Source of the DNA: Chiloscyllium plagiosum | Lineage: Eukaryota | Length of the DNA: 41,320 bases | Direction: 5' to 3' | Assembly (NCBI RefSeq): GCF_004010195.1 | Contig: NC_057718.1 | Location: 104,587,302 to 104,628,621, forward strand | Shown here: piece after piece, positions 25,130 to 37,274 of the stretch | Layout of the letters: every line of letters begins with the position of its first letter | Numbering within the stretch: the stretch's first letter is position 1 | Notes under the pieces: model-generated | Database searches by the model: none | Seen by the model: only the letters and a program-made list of their open reading frames with translations | Told to the model about the DNA's origin: nothing | Made by a program: the position numbers and the translations under genes

Positions 25130-25810
25130 ACAACATGTCAGCTATGGATAGTTTGTGAAGGAGGGAGAAATTTGGCAGGTGGGTTATTTTATGGAAAGTG
25201 AGATTGTTTACTTTGGCAGGATGGAGATGAACTGCAACTGCAGAATGTCCTTTACATGAATCTGAAATATTGTGCGCAAGTACAGCAAGTAATTGGGAAG
25301 GGAAATAGAATGAACGGGTGGCCATTAATGGAAGGGCCATGGAGTATAAAAACAGTGAAGTCTTGCTGCATTTATATCAGACATTGGTGAAACTACATCA
25401 GAAATATTATGTCTGCCATTGGTCTTGCTACTCTGGGAGGGGCATGTTTGCATTGGAGGCCATTCAAAGAAGGCTGACCAGGTCCTCTACTGAGGACCGG
25501 GTGAGTAGGTTGGACCCTGTACTCAGAGTTTAACAATGAAAAGATGATGCTAATAAGTTTCCCTTCATGGGGAAACTTAGGACTGGATAAAGAGAAATTA
25601 CTTTTAGATGAAGCATTTCTTTTGAGGGTTATTGGTCTTTGACCCAGACCCTGCATTAAATGGCTGTGCCACAGTGAGAGTATACAAGGCAGAGTTAGAT
25701 CTTGGATCCAAGGGGCAGAGGGGGTGACAAAGAAGTGGAGGCCACCATCTTACTGAATGGTGGAACAGGCTTAATGGCCGGCCGCTATTAATTGCCCTGA
25801 CTGGTTTATA
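25130..25810 (+). mobile_element. Highly decayed CR1 fragment
   Basis: EYKNSEVLLHLYQTLVKLH, ALEAIQRRLTR. Confidence 0.7.
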
Positions 25811-27496
25811 TCTTTCCACCATTGTTTTTTCTGTCCAATCCCAACATTGTAATTTTGTCTTTAAAATTCCATTTTCTCCTCAATACAGCATTTGATCTCC
25901 CTATTCTAATGGCTCCTTCAAGTCAGTCAGCTTATGAGAAGCATTTTGGCATTGTGCAAGACAGGCACAGAAATGCAAGTTGCTGTTTGACCTTCTCAAA
26001 GGAGGCCATGTCAACAGTCAGTAACATTAAGCTATGTAACCTGCCAGCCCCCCTTTCACTGGCATCAAGTTCCACTTGATGTCTTTTTCTGATCACTTGT
26101 GTAACTATTTTTGTTTTCAGCTCAAACAGGAATTCTTTCGTGCAAGAATAACAGTTGGAGGAAAGTCATACTATAATCTTGCATGTCATCTTCAGTCATC
26201 CACTTTCTTACTATAAGCCTTTTAGAATGGATGTGACCTTTTGCTGGATATTATTGCAATTCCCTCACTGTGTGGGTTTGTGGGAATGGAGATTTTTGCT
26301 ATTGTTTCTGGATTAACTGCTTAAATGTTCGGTTTTGGAGCCCAGGTTCACACCAAGTTGCAAACACTGATGCATATCCATGACTCCGAATTCAGCTCCG
26401 CTCTGTTTTGCTATTCATTAAGATCATGGCTGGTATGATGTGGGCCTTGGTTCCACATTCCTCTTGCTAATAACAGATCATCTTCCACTTGTTGCAATCC
26501 ACAAACTTGCTAAAACAACTTAAACTATATGCACACTGGTTACTTAAGATAAATTTTAATTAACACTACAGTGACAGCAAGTTATTTTTTAGACACAAGT
26601 CATTTTACAAAGTTTAGAAAAAAAACTATCTAGTCAAATATGATTTGTTTATTGTACCTACACCACCTGTAGAACTTCATTGCACTCACCTAGTCACGTT
26701 TTACCTGAATTAACACAGGTTGCTTACACTCAGTGTTGAACCTTGACTTGGTCAATCAGGCTTCTTATTGGGCAACAATACTTTGTCACTTTTTTTCTAG
26801 TCAGACTGAGGGTTATCCCTTTCTGTTTGTACTATGGAAATTATGGAGTGAAACTGGTTCAAATGAATATCTTTTTAGTCAATCCCTATTCTGTTATTTT
26901 GTGCTTTTGAATTTTTCCTGTAGCCACCAGCTTATGGAAGTAGGAGTGGGGAGAGGAGTCCAGCAATGTCTTCCCCCTAACTGTGGGAGGTGATAGTACC
27001 CTACATCTCAATAGGAGGAGGAAGTCGTCTTGTCCATCTAGAAGTCCTGTATACCCCAGTATGGACTGCAACTTGCAGGCTTTTATGTAGGAGCTCTATC
27101 TGTAATTCACAACATTTGATGGAGTTACTGATTTTCTTCCATTTGTCTTGGAAGTGAACAATATTTTTTTTTGTGACTTTAATTAAACTTTCAATCTGGT
27201 CAAATTCAAGTGTCAATAAAAGTAATTAAGTATTATAAAACGAAGAGATTAATTACAGGAGGTGTAAACACTCATTGCTCATTACTTTTTATTTTTAAAA
27301 AAGTGTAAAATTAAGCCAATAATTTTGCAGAACAAGTTCTTCCCAAACTTGAATTAAAAGAAGCATCACCCTCCCACTACTTCACCAGCCCTTTTAAACT
27401 AGATCATCCATATTCATGTGGTTTGATGCATCATGTTCCTCAACATCACTTGGCATCTGGAAAAACAACACACAGTCATCAGGTTTCTCCGTGGAT

Positions 27497-27517
27497 CTAT
27501 TCTGGAAGTACTCTATC
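27497..27517 (-). CDS. CEP68: Possible final CEP68 coding segment (DRVLPE*) at the start of a terminal exon
   Basis: gctgtgtttacag acceptor, in phase with the TTG/GTAAAG donor at 29165; minus-strand AATAAA at 27288-27293 and 26648-26653 downstream. No homology support. Confidence 0.3.
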   Translation of the reverse strand, partial: DRVLPE

Positions 27518-29104
27518 CTGTAAACACAGCTTTAAAATTAAGACTTCCAGAATACACAGTGGTCTTGATGGGATAGGTCAGTAGTGCACATGAGTCAACT
27601 TTACACAAACCTCCTTTGATTGAAGTTTCTGAGCCCTATAAATACATTTAAATATGAAGTAACATTGTGCTGACATGGTTCAGTGAATCATGTGATGGGA
27701 AACACTGAAACTGACACCAACATCCTGTTTCTTCAAGGCCAGCAATTACAGGAATGATTAGTTCCAATGTAAATGGCCGTGTACTACACTTTTAAAGACC
27801 ATACCTTTAGCCAAAACATCACTGAAACCAGAAGGAAAAACATTTCACGTGAAAACCAGAATCCACAAGTCTGCACGAAATCTGATGCAGTTTTTGAAAT
27901 ATGAGAAGCATTGCTTAAAAAAAAGACAATTATTTAAATGGAAACAATCTGTCAGTGATTAAAATAGAGTTTACTTGATTGTCCAGAATTTCAAACAATG
28001 CACTAATTAAATTCACAACAGCTAAATCAGTTCAAATCCACACCCTCAACTTTTAGTAACATTAAATATCCTTCAGTGTTTGAAAGCTTCAAATGACTGA
28101 ACAGGAAAGGAATTGTTTGCTTTCAGCTATCTCCGAGTTATGCAAATGTTAACAGCATTTTAAAAGCAAAACAACCAAGCGTTTGACAAAAGAGTATGGA
28201 GTAAATTATTTGTAAAGCCCACATCTAAATTCCAGCAACAAATCTAATTCTGACCAAAAATAAGGGTTTAATTTACAAATAAGTGAAATGTAATTTTAAT
28301 GCCACATTTTCTTGTAGACTGCTCCACAGATATGGATGAACTAGCTCAAGGCTCCATGATGCCCTCAAATAAAATAGTTTGCAGGAATTACCCCCTCAGG
28401 ACTCACCCGGTCCTCAGTTTACAAACTGTTTGTACTTTAACAATGCAAAACTTATACAATTACATTTCTACCACAAGGGGTTTACTGAGAAGTGAAAAAC
28501 CCCAGTTATGTGTTAATTTGGCTGCAATGTCCTCATAGCTCCTCCTAGTTAGGCATTTAAATGTCCCTTCATAATCACACAGGAAGTGCACATTTACTGT
28601 TAATAATGGAAGGTCATTGAAAGGATTCAGTCACACTGAAAGCTAGCTTAATAGAAATCATGAAATCATTATCAATCGTTGCAAAGCAAAACCCCTCTGA
28701 TTCACCAATGTCCTTTAGGGAAGGAAATCTGGTCATAGCTGGTTTAGACTACCCGTGACTCCAGACTCACAGCAATGGGGTTGACTCAACTGCCCTCAAG
28801 GCCAGAATTGCTGCTGTAGGACACTATCAGCAGGTTTGCTCAGTTGACTGGATGGTTGGTGAATGATGCCAAAATATCGATGGTAGTGGCTACTGGAGTG
28901 AACAACGCTATCAACATGAGTTCAAATCCCATACCTGCAGAGGTTACCATGAAGGATTCTTCTCAACCTCCACCCCCCCCCACCTCCACTGAGGCATGGT
29001 GCCCCTCAGATTAAACCTCCACCCATCATCTCTCTCTCGGTCCAGTCTGACTATGGTGACTTTTACACCTTCTATAATATTAACAGTAAATAAGCAGAGC
29101 TCTT

Positions 29105-29331
29105 TTAATTCACCACATTCAGCAATTTACAAAACAAAAGATTCAAGGTGAAATTATTCTTTACCAATGCTGATTGCCTTTCCAAACCAGCAGATACGAA
29201 TTCCTGTTGCTTGGTCTCTAAATCATCTTTCACCTTATCCATAGTAGCAAGAATCGACAAGTACAGGTGGGCAGCATGCCCATTCAGCTGCTTGGATTGT
29301 CTTGAGATCAATTCAAGTGTCTCCTTGAGAA
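29105..29331 (-). CDS. CEP68: CEP68 C-terminal exon (3' boundary uncertain: donor after 29165, or read-through to TAA at 29105)
   Basis: cctgctctggtttag acceptor; phase 1 joins the previous exon to give VLKETLELISRQSKQLNGHAAHLYLSILATMD, similar to human VLEDVLGRIAKQSGELESHADRLYDSILASLD (from memory). Confidence 0.8.
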
Positions 29332-29409
29332 CTAAACCAGAGCAGGAGGAGGTCAGAGAAGCAGCATTGAATGTAGCAAACACGGCTAATCAATACACAA
29401 GTAAAACCT

Positions 29410-29660
29410 CACAGATGCTGGAAATTCAAATCAAAAGCCAAAAGAAATGTTGGGAGATACTCAGCAGGTCAGGCAGCATCTGTGGAGAGAGACAAAGAGC
29501 ATGAAATGCTGGGTCAAACATTTCAGGCCAGTGAGTTTTGATCAGACTCCAAGTGTTAACTCCTGTTTCTCTCTGAACCAAAGAAATACAGTTAGCACTT
29601 TGTGTCTGATGCTGCCAGATTAGATTAGAGATCTGCTGAGTTTCTCCAGCATTCTCTGTT
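29410..29660. mobile_element. Degenerate inverted-repeat copy of the Penelope-type terminal repeat
   Basis: ...GGGAGATACTCAGCAGGTCAGGCAGCATC... and its inverse GATGCTGCCAGA...CTGCTGAGTTTCTCCAGCATT. Confidence 0.5.
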
Positions 29661-30084
29661 TTGTTGACTAGTAGGAGATTGCTTTAAAATTTGAACATCA
29701 TGTTGGAAGTGCACACAAAATTGAGCAGAATTTTAAGAAATTATTTTATGTCATGTGAAAATCATTCACATATTTGGTAAATCTTGGAATAAGTGTTTGG
29801 TCATCTCTGATTTAGAGTTCATTTTAATTTATTGGCTCTTTTTGTAAAACATCTTTGAATGTTTTCTAGATTATGCAACCTGTTGTGATTTTTAAAACTG
29901 AAGAATGATGATTCTTTCACCAGTTAATTCTTGTAAGACAGAAGATTGATTATTTTGTTTAGACAAAAGGTTTCAATAAGAAGTTGAAACAGCACCCTTA
30001 TCTTGCTTCACTGTGTTATTTCACAGCCTGAGACAAAATGACCACCCCAGCAGGAAAACGAGTGACATCACTAACACACAGAAA

Positions 30085-30308
30085 ACATTCTCCCCGTGTC
30101 TGCGTGGGTTTCCTCTGGGTGCTCCAGTTTCCTCCCGCAGTCCAAAAACGTGCAGGTTAGGTGAATTGGCCATGCTAAACTGCCCGTAGTGTTAGCTGAA
30201 GGGGTAAATGTAGGGGAATGGGTCTTGGTGGGTTGTGCTTCGGCGGGTCGGTGTGGACTTGTTGGGCCGAAGGGCCTGTTTCCACACTGTAAGTAATCTA
30301 ATCTAATC
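30085..30308 (+). mobile_element. 5'-truncated HE1-type V-SINE
   Basis: V-domain CTCCCCGTGTCTGCGTGGGTTTCCTCTGGGTGCTCC and CR1-like tail ending (AATCT)n. Confidence 0.88.
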
Positions 30309-30675
30309 AGTCAGTGAATCACTTTACTTCAGAGATAGTTAGAATTGAGTGGGACAAGGGCAATCAGAGAAGCATAACCAAAGGAGTTAATTACTGCTGT
30401 GTCAGCATCTCACTGAATATCAGCAGAAAACTTAAGGGGGCTGATTGGCCTGTCCCCCATTCCTATTCAATTCATGCTTTAAACCAGTACAAGCCGACAG
30501 TACCCAAGGAGAGGGAACAACAATGACCCTTTTGCTTTGTAAAGAGTAAAAGAGAGAATCCTTTGCCAATAATGTTTGGTTTTATGAGTCAAACAGCTTG
30601 CATTCTGAGGGGGAGAGTCAGATAAAGGGTGTTGTAGATGAAGCGCAGAATTGCGTGCTCCTGAAGGATTTATAC

Positions 30676-30772
30676 CTGGCGTGGCACTGCTCATCGACTG
30701 GAGCAGGTGTTCTCCGGATTTTAGCACACTTGCAGTCAGCTCTCGGTGTTCCTTAATGTCATTCCTGAAAGC
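30676..30772 (-). CDS. CEP68: CEP68 exon (97 nt), C-terminal spectrin-repeat-like region
   Basis: cctccctaacag acceptor, CCAG/GTATAA donor; AFRNDIKEHRELTASVLKSGEHLLQSMSSATP resembles human QFKKDIDEHQSLTESVLQKGEILLQCLLENTP (from memory). Confidence 0.85.
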
Positions 30773-31400
30773 CTGTTAGGGAGGACACACAAAACACATT
30801 CCACCATTGCATTCACTCTCCAGCAGATCAATGTTTTATTCTGTAAGAGCACAGTATACTCACTTGGTGACTGATCATTTAATCTTAACGCCACACACTC
30901 NNNNNNNNNNNNNNNNNNNNNNNNNNNNNNNNNNNNNNNNNNNNNNNNNNNNNNNNNNNNNNNNNNNNNNNNNNNNNNNNNNNNNNNNNNNNNNNNNNNN
31001 NNNNNNNNNNNNNNNNNNNNNNNNNNNNNNNNNNNNNNNNNNNNNNNNNNNNNNNNNNNNNNNNNNNNNNNNNNNNNNNNNNNNNNNNNNNNNNNNNNNN
31101 NNNNNNNNNNNNNNNNNNNNNNNNNNNNNNNNNNNNNNNNNNNNNNNNNNNNNNNNNNNNNNNNNNNNNNNNNNNNNNNNNNNNNNNNNNNNNNNNNNNN
31201 NNNNNNNNNNNNNNNNNNNNNNNNNNNNNNNNNNNNNNNNNNNNNNNNNNNNNNNNNNNNNNNNNNNNNNNNNNNNNNNNNNNNNNNNNNNNNNNNNNNN
31301 NNNNNNNNNNNNNNNNNNNNNNNNNNNNNNNNNNNNNNNNNNNNNNNNNNNNNNNNNNNNNNNNNNNNNNNNNNNNNNNNNNNNNNNNNNNNNNNNNNNN

Positions 31401-32556
31401 TGGAGGTGCAGTGGACAGCGAAGAGGGTTACCTCAGATTACAACAGGATCTGGACCAGATGGGCCAATGGGCTGAGGAGTGGGAGATGGTGTTTAATTCA
31501 GATAAATGCGAGGTGCTGCACTTTGGGAAAGCAAATCTTAGCAGGACTTATACCCTTAATGGTAAGGTCCTAAGGAGTGTTGCTGAACAAAGAGACCTTG
31601 GAGTGCAGGTTCATAGCTCCTTGAAAGTGGAGTCGCAGGTAGATAGGATAGTGAAGAAGGCATTTGGTATGCTTTCCTTTATTGGTCAGAGCATTGAGTA
31701 CAGGGGTTCGGAGGTTATATTGCAGCTATATTGGATATTGGTAAGGCCATTTTAGAATATTGCATGAAATTCTGGTCTCCCTACTATAGGAAGGATGTTC
31801 TGAAACTTGAAAGGGTTCAGAAAAGATTTACAAGGATGTTGCCAGAGTTGGAGAGTTTGGGCTATAGGGAGAAGCTGAACAGGCTGGGGCTGTTTTCCCT
31901 AGATAGTGAAGGCGGTGTTTGGTATGCTTTCCTTTCTTGGTCTGAGTATTGAGTACAGGAGTTGGGAGGTCATGTTGCGGCTGTACAGGATATTGGTTAG
32001 GCCACTGTTGGAATATTGCGTGCAATTCAGGTCTCCTTCCTATCGGAAAGATGTTGTGAATCTTTGAAAGGGTTCAGAAAAGATTTACAAGGATGTTTCC
32101 CAGGGTTGGAGGACTTGAGCTATAGGGAGAGGTTAAATACGCTAGGGCTGTTTTCCCTGGAGCATCGGAGGCTGAGGGGTGACCTTATAGAGGTTTCTAA
32201 AATCATGAGGGGCTTGGATTGGATAAATAGACAAAGTCTTTTCCCTGGGGTCGGGGAGTCCAGAACTAAAGGGCATAGGTTTAGGGTGAGAGGGGAAAGA
32301 TATAAAAGAGACTTAAGGGGCAACTTTTTCACACACAGGGTGGTACGTGTATGGAATGAGCTGCCAGAGGAAGTGGTGGAGGCTAGTACAATTGCAACAT
32401 CTGAAAGACATTTGGATGGGTATATGAATAGGAAGGGTTTGGAGGGATATGGGCCGGGTGCTGGCAGGTGGGACTAGATTGGGTTGGGACATCTGGTCGG
32501 CATGGATGGGTTGGACCGAAAGGTCTGTTTCTGTGCTGTACATCTCTATGACTCTA
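31401..32556 (+). mobile_element. CR1 LINE 3' portion with an internal duplication or chimera (restart at ~31901)
   Basis: The segment IVK..FGML through LGLFSL occurs twice (31645-31900 and 31901-32160); CR1 tail at the end. Confidence 0.92.
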
Positions 32557-32599
32557 CAACACAGCACAGAAAAAGGTCATTCAGCCCAACCCATCCCAC

Positions 32600-33030
32600 C
32601 TGGTGTTTATACGCTGCTCTGCCCAGGACCATAAGAAACTACAGGGAGCTGTGAACACAGCCCAGTCCATCAGACAAACCAACCTCCCATCCATTGACTC
32701 CATCTCCACTTCTCAGTGCCTCAGGAAGGCTGCCAACATCAAAGAGCCCTCCCACCCGGTGATACTCTCTCCTAATCAGAAGATAGAAAAGCTTAAACAC
32801 ACGAGCCAACAGATCACGAACAGTTTCTTCCCCGCTGTTATTAGACTTCCTGAATGGACGTCTCAAATTTTAAATTTAATGATGATCTAGCTCTTCATGC
32901 ACCTTCTCTATAACCATAACAGTGTATTTCTCTCTCTGTTCTCTTACCCTCATGCACTTTGTACTGCACACAACACAAAACGTTTCACTGTACTGAGGTA
33001 CAAGTGACAATAATAAATCAAATCCAATCA
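32600..33030 (+). mobile_element. Rex1/Babar-type LINE 3' end
   Basis: KKLQGAVNTAQSI..NLPSIDSI...CLRKAANIKEPSHP...NSFFPAVIRL; ends CAAGTGACAATAATAAATCAAATC. Confidence 0.75.
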
Positions 33031-33678
33031 AGTACTCCGTACGAGACCCGCCCCTATTCCATCTGACTTATCTCAGCCTGTCTTTCTAACCCTTTTACTC
33101 TCACCCAGTTGCCTATTTTCATTTTGAAAGTATCAGAGCTGTTTGCCACAGCCACATCCACATCCTGTAGTAGTGGGTTCCACATCCTCCTTACTCTCTG
33201 AGAAAGATTATTTCTCTGTATTTCTCCGCTGAATATATTTGTAGCTTGCTTGTATTTACAAACCCTAGTTTATAGTTCTCCAGCAGGTCAATACTGACCC
33301 TGGCCAACCACTTCAGAATGTTACATTCCACTTCAAACTCTAAAGCCTATTTAAAAAAAAGTAAACTTGCTCAATCTTTAATGAAACAAACAACTACATA
33401 AACTGATGATCTGAAACAGAAACAGAAAGTGCTGGAAGAACTCAACAGCCCTGCCCAGCCTTTCACAGTTCGAGGGAATTAGCAAAGTCAGATACTCAAC
33501 TTTTAACAATGTAAACCTCAAATTCTAAACTGAAACCATTGCGGCTAAATACTAACGTTTAGTTTCCTAGCTTGCCCAATCCAGTACGTTTATACCAACA
33601 AGAAACAAGATTGATGTATTCTGCTCGTGTGAGGTATTTGAATGAAACATAGAACTTGGAAAAGAAATAACATTTTAC

Positions 33679-35220
33679 CTGAATGTGAGCCAACAGACTG
33701 TCATTGTTCTCAGCTACTTGTTCAAAGGGCTGGTTGAACAGCAGTTGAGAACTGGACCATGTGCCCAACTTTTGAATAAATTCATTGGCCTTTTTTAAAT
33801 CGGCGATTATATCTTCACACTGTGGATTCTTGGGTTGATTTCTGGGACTAATTCCCAGTTGGCAGTCTGACTGAGCAGCCTCAGTGTTGTTCTGTACGGT
33901 GAGGTTCCCCTCGGTACTGCCACTTGGACAGCCCATGCCCAGTCTCATCCCATTGGCTGCAAAGACAGACTTGCTCTCCACATGAACAGAGAGCTTCTCC
34001 AGTTGGTGGGCCAAGGCTTCCAATTCTTTCAGCTTATACGGGAGAGTGAGAAAGTCCTCCTCACTGTCCCACTCTCTGTCTAAGGGCAGGATCTGCCTGG
34101 ATAACGTGAAGCCTTTAGGATCTTTCCCTGTGAGCAAGGGCTTGGAAAATTCCTCGTTTGAGCTGCTTGAAAGAAAACTTGAATCAACAACTGAAGTGAC
34201 CTTTGCCCAGTCAGGATTGGCCCGGTTCATGACGCTTTCTGTCTTATTCCTCGTAGAACTCTCCAGAAAGGTGTTTAGATTAATACCAGCTTTAGGCGAT
34301 CGACTGGAGAGCCAATAGGACGGCTGGTTGTGCAGGCGGAGGGAACTGGAGGAAGAATATGGAGTGTACACGTGATCCTCTATGTAGCTAGGATGGCCCC
34401 AGGTGATGTTAGCAGCACTGCTGGGGTTAGGCTGGGAGGTAGGCAGTGACGACAAAGCATTTGTAATTAATGTATTTGACAGGGAGGGTATTAGACTGTC
34501 ATCTACAATCCCTGAATCCTTTAGATAGGAGTCAGAGGTCATGTCGTCATCATCGTCATCTAAGTTGTCCCTGGAGCTCATGTGTCCTGGTCTTAAGGGA
34601 TATGTAAAATCGAGTAGAGCTTGGTATTCCTCGTCAGGGTCCCAGTCTGGGGAGGTGCGGTCTCGAACCACCCTGAAGGAATCTGATTGCCTCATGGCGC
34701 AGTATTCTGAGAAACAAGGCGTGACCTCTTTCTCACGCAGCGCCTTATGGGTACAGCCTGGTGTGCCAAGGCTGCCAGTCGAAGTTTGGCCCAATGAGGT
34801 AAATCTTCCCACATTGACATCGTGTGAGGTATATCTACCCACATTGATGTCGTGTGAGCTTAACGTAGCTTTCCTTTTCGGTACACACTGAGAGAAAGCA
34901 GACGTATCGAGGCAGGTGCTATACCTCACAGTGGACAGACACCTCCCCTTGAGGGGTTTCTCAGCCTCCAGGTGTTTGAGTGACCGGGGTAACCCATCAG
35001 TAGATGCCATTATGTTCGGGTCAGACCTCCCAACAGGTTCATACTCTCGAGATACAGAAAGTGGTGAGGATTCTGACTGGTATGTACGATACGGGGAATG
35101 TACAGATTCAGAGAAGAGAGAGAACATCTCACTGCCATCCCATCTTTCTGATGGAATCCCTCTCGTATATCCAGAATACAGATTGGAATATCTTTTACTC
35201 TGCTCCTGCATATCAGCTCC
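33679..35220 (-). CDS. CEP68: Centrosomal protein CEP68, large internal exon (1542 nt, 514 codons)
   Basis: Open frame between the cttgttttccag acceptor and CAG/GTAAAA donor. Contains DRTSPDWDPDEEYQALLDFTYPLRPG and DSGIVDDS, matching the CEP68 motifs W-P--EY--LLD-TYPLRP and DSGVDLDS as recalled. Convergent with RAB1A. Confidence 0.88.
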
Positions 35221-35754
35221 CTGGAAAACAAGACGAGTGAGGGAAATATTAAAGATATTTGTCCCCTATAGCAAGCATCAACTTTTCAGACAATAGTTTC
35301 CGTGTTTATACATTCACAGAACTTCACTGAACATAGCCACCATGGTTTGGAGGAGACCTTTCATCCCATCAAGTCTGTGGGCATCACTGGAAGGGCCAGC
35401 ATGTATTGTCCATCTCTTTGGACTGAGTGGTGTGCTCAGCCATGTCAGAGGGCATTTAGGGGCGAACAACGTTGCTGTGGGTCTGGAGTCACATGTAAGC
35501 CAGACCAGGAAAAGGTGGCAGATTCTCTTCCTGAAGGACACGAGTAAATCAGATGGTCAGTTTCTTCACAATGAGTGATGACACTTTCGTGATTGGCTTT
35601 ACGGCCTAGATTTTATGAGATTAGATTAGATTCCCTACAGTGTGGATTGATGAACTGAATGTAAATTAAACTGAATTAAATCTACATACCACCATAGATC
35701 AAAACTATCCACAGAGTGGGATGGGAACCCAGAGCGTACGTCTGAACAAAAACA

Positions 35755-35850
35755 AAACCAAAAATTGCTGCAAAAACTCAGCAGGTCTGGCAGCATTTGT
35801 GGAGAGAAGTCAGAGTTGACATTTCAGGTCCAGTGATCGTTCTGAAGAAG
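35755..35850 (-). mobile_element. Penelope-type terminal repeat fragment
   Basis: AATTGCTGCAAAAACTCAGCAGGTCTGGCAGCATTTGTGGAGAGAAGTCAGAGTTGACATTTCAGGTCCAGTGA is reverse-complementary to 19385-19460. Confidence 0.55.
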
Positions 35851-35917
35851 TCTGAACCTTAGGATTACTGGCCCAGTGACATTGTCAGAAAGCCACAACT
35901 CACTCTCATTGTTCAAT

Positions 35918-36279
35918 CATTATAGAATGCCTACAGTTTGGAAACAGGCCATTCAGCCAAACAAGTCCATACTGACCCTCCAAAGAGTAACCCATCCAAA
36001 CAAATCCCCTACCCTATTACTTTACATTTCCCCTGACTAATGCACCTAACCTACACATCCCTGAACACTATGGGACAATTTAGCATGGCCAATCCACCCT
36101 AACCTGCACATTTTTGGACTGTGGGAAGAAACTGGAGCACCCGGGGGAAACCCACGCAGACCCGGGGAGAATGTGCAAACTCCACACAGACAGTTGCCAG
36201 AGGCTGGAATCGAACCCGGTGCTATGAGGCAGCGGTGCTATGAGGCAGCGGTGCTAACCACTGAGCCACCGTGCCGCCC
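35918..36279 (-). mobile_element. Full-length HE1-type tRNA-derived V-SINE
   Basis: Minus strand: GGGCGGCACGGTGGCTCAGTGGTTAGCAC (A box), GGTTCGATTCC (B box), V-domain, CR1-like tail. Confidence 0.92.
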
Positions 36280-36479
36280 TATATGTAAACAGCACCAGAT
36301 GTGGAGTGAAGTTTTTATAACAACCTGGTGACTTGCATAGCGATTTCTTTCACTCCAGAGAACAGAGAGAAACAGAGAGAGATTGAAACAGAATGAGGGA
36401 GAGGAAAAAGAATACCTTTAGAGAAAGAAGGAGGTAAAAGCCAACGAGGAAGAGACTGCACTGACAATCTCAACTTCAA

Positions 36480-37180
36480 GAAAAGCTTCCTTCAAGAAAC
36501 AAAAAACTCAAACAATAGCAGTTAACTGTGACAAACTCAGGAAGTTCAGGATTCCATCAGGTTAAACAAAAAGGCCAATAAAGTTGCCAGAAATACAGTA
36601 AAAGGAATTCTGAAAATTACATCAAAGGAGGACCAAGAAACAGAAAGGAAAGGGAAAATTGAATTTGAGTGCAACCTACAAAAACCATACTGTATGGACT
36701 GTAAACGCCTCAATGGGAGCAGAAAAAGGAAACATCTGGCTAAAGTGAAGATTAAGGGCAGAGTCAGGAGAATTTATAATGGAGAATAGAGATATTGGCA
36801 GAGAAGCTAAATGTTCATTTTGTGTCTGTTTTCATGGAGGAAGGTACAAAAATTAGAGGTGTTTCTAATCCCAGAATCAGAGATGCAAGTTATTAGGGAG
36901 AATGAGAAGTTGAAGAAAATTAGTTTTAGTCAGAAGACTGTACTGGACAGGTCAGTGGCCAGGGAGATGTTGCTGAGACACTTCCCTGATTGGGGAATCT
37001 CGAACCAAGGGGATGCCATTAGAGTCCAAGAGAGGGGACCATGTTTTACTCAGGGAGTTGTCAGAATTCTTTACCTCAGAGAGCTGTAGAGGATCAGTCT
37101 TCAAGGTACATACGTTTAAGGTTGAAATTAGCAGGGCAGTGTGATTAACTGGCTGGCCTACTCCTGCTCCTATTGTTAGC
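36480..37180 (+). mobile_element. Decayed CR1 fragments
   Basis: ESGEFIMENRDIAEKLNVHFVSVF-like remnant and a tail-like TGGCCTACTCCTGCTCCTAT. Confidence 0.55.
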
Positions 37181-37274
37181 AAGTGACTGTGTTTATGCAC
37201 GAGAGTGAATTTAAAACCCAGTTTAAACAACAGTTTAATTTGTATTGTTCATGTTCGTAATTAACTTGTCAACT

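Noticed and set aside
30855..30900. Minus-strand CAA/GTGAGT donor as the end of the missing CEP68 exon
   Set aside because: The required phase-0 frame has a TAA a few codons upstream and no CEP68 similarity.
30807..31475. ORFs spanning N runs (also 13646-14415, 21532-21953, 39685-40155)
   Set aside because: Their length is an artefact of assembly gaps.
33559..35211. 550-aa ORF as a single-exon gene
   Set aside because: It is the large CEP68 exon; the last ~39 residues run past the donor at 33679.
36200..36279. tRNA gene
   Set aside because: The A/B boxes belong to the tRNA-derived head of a SINE that continues into V-domain and LINE tail.
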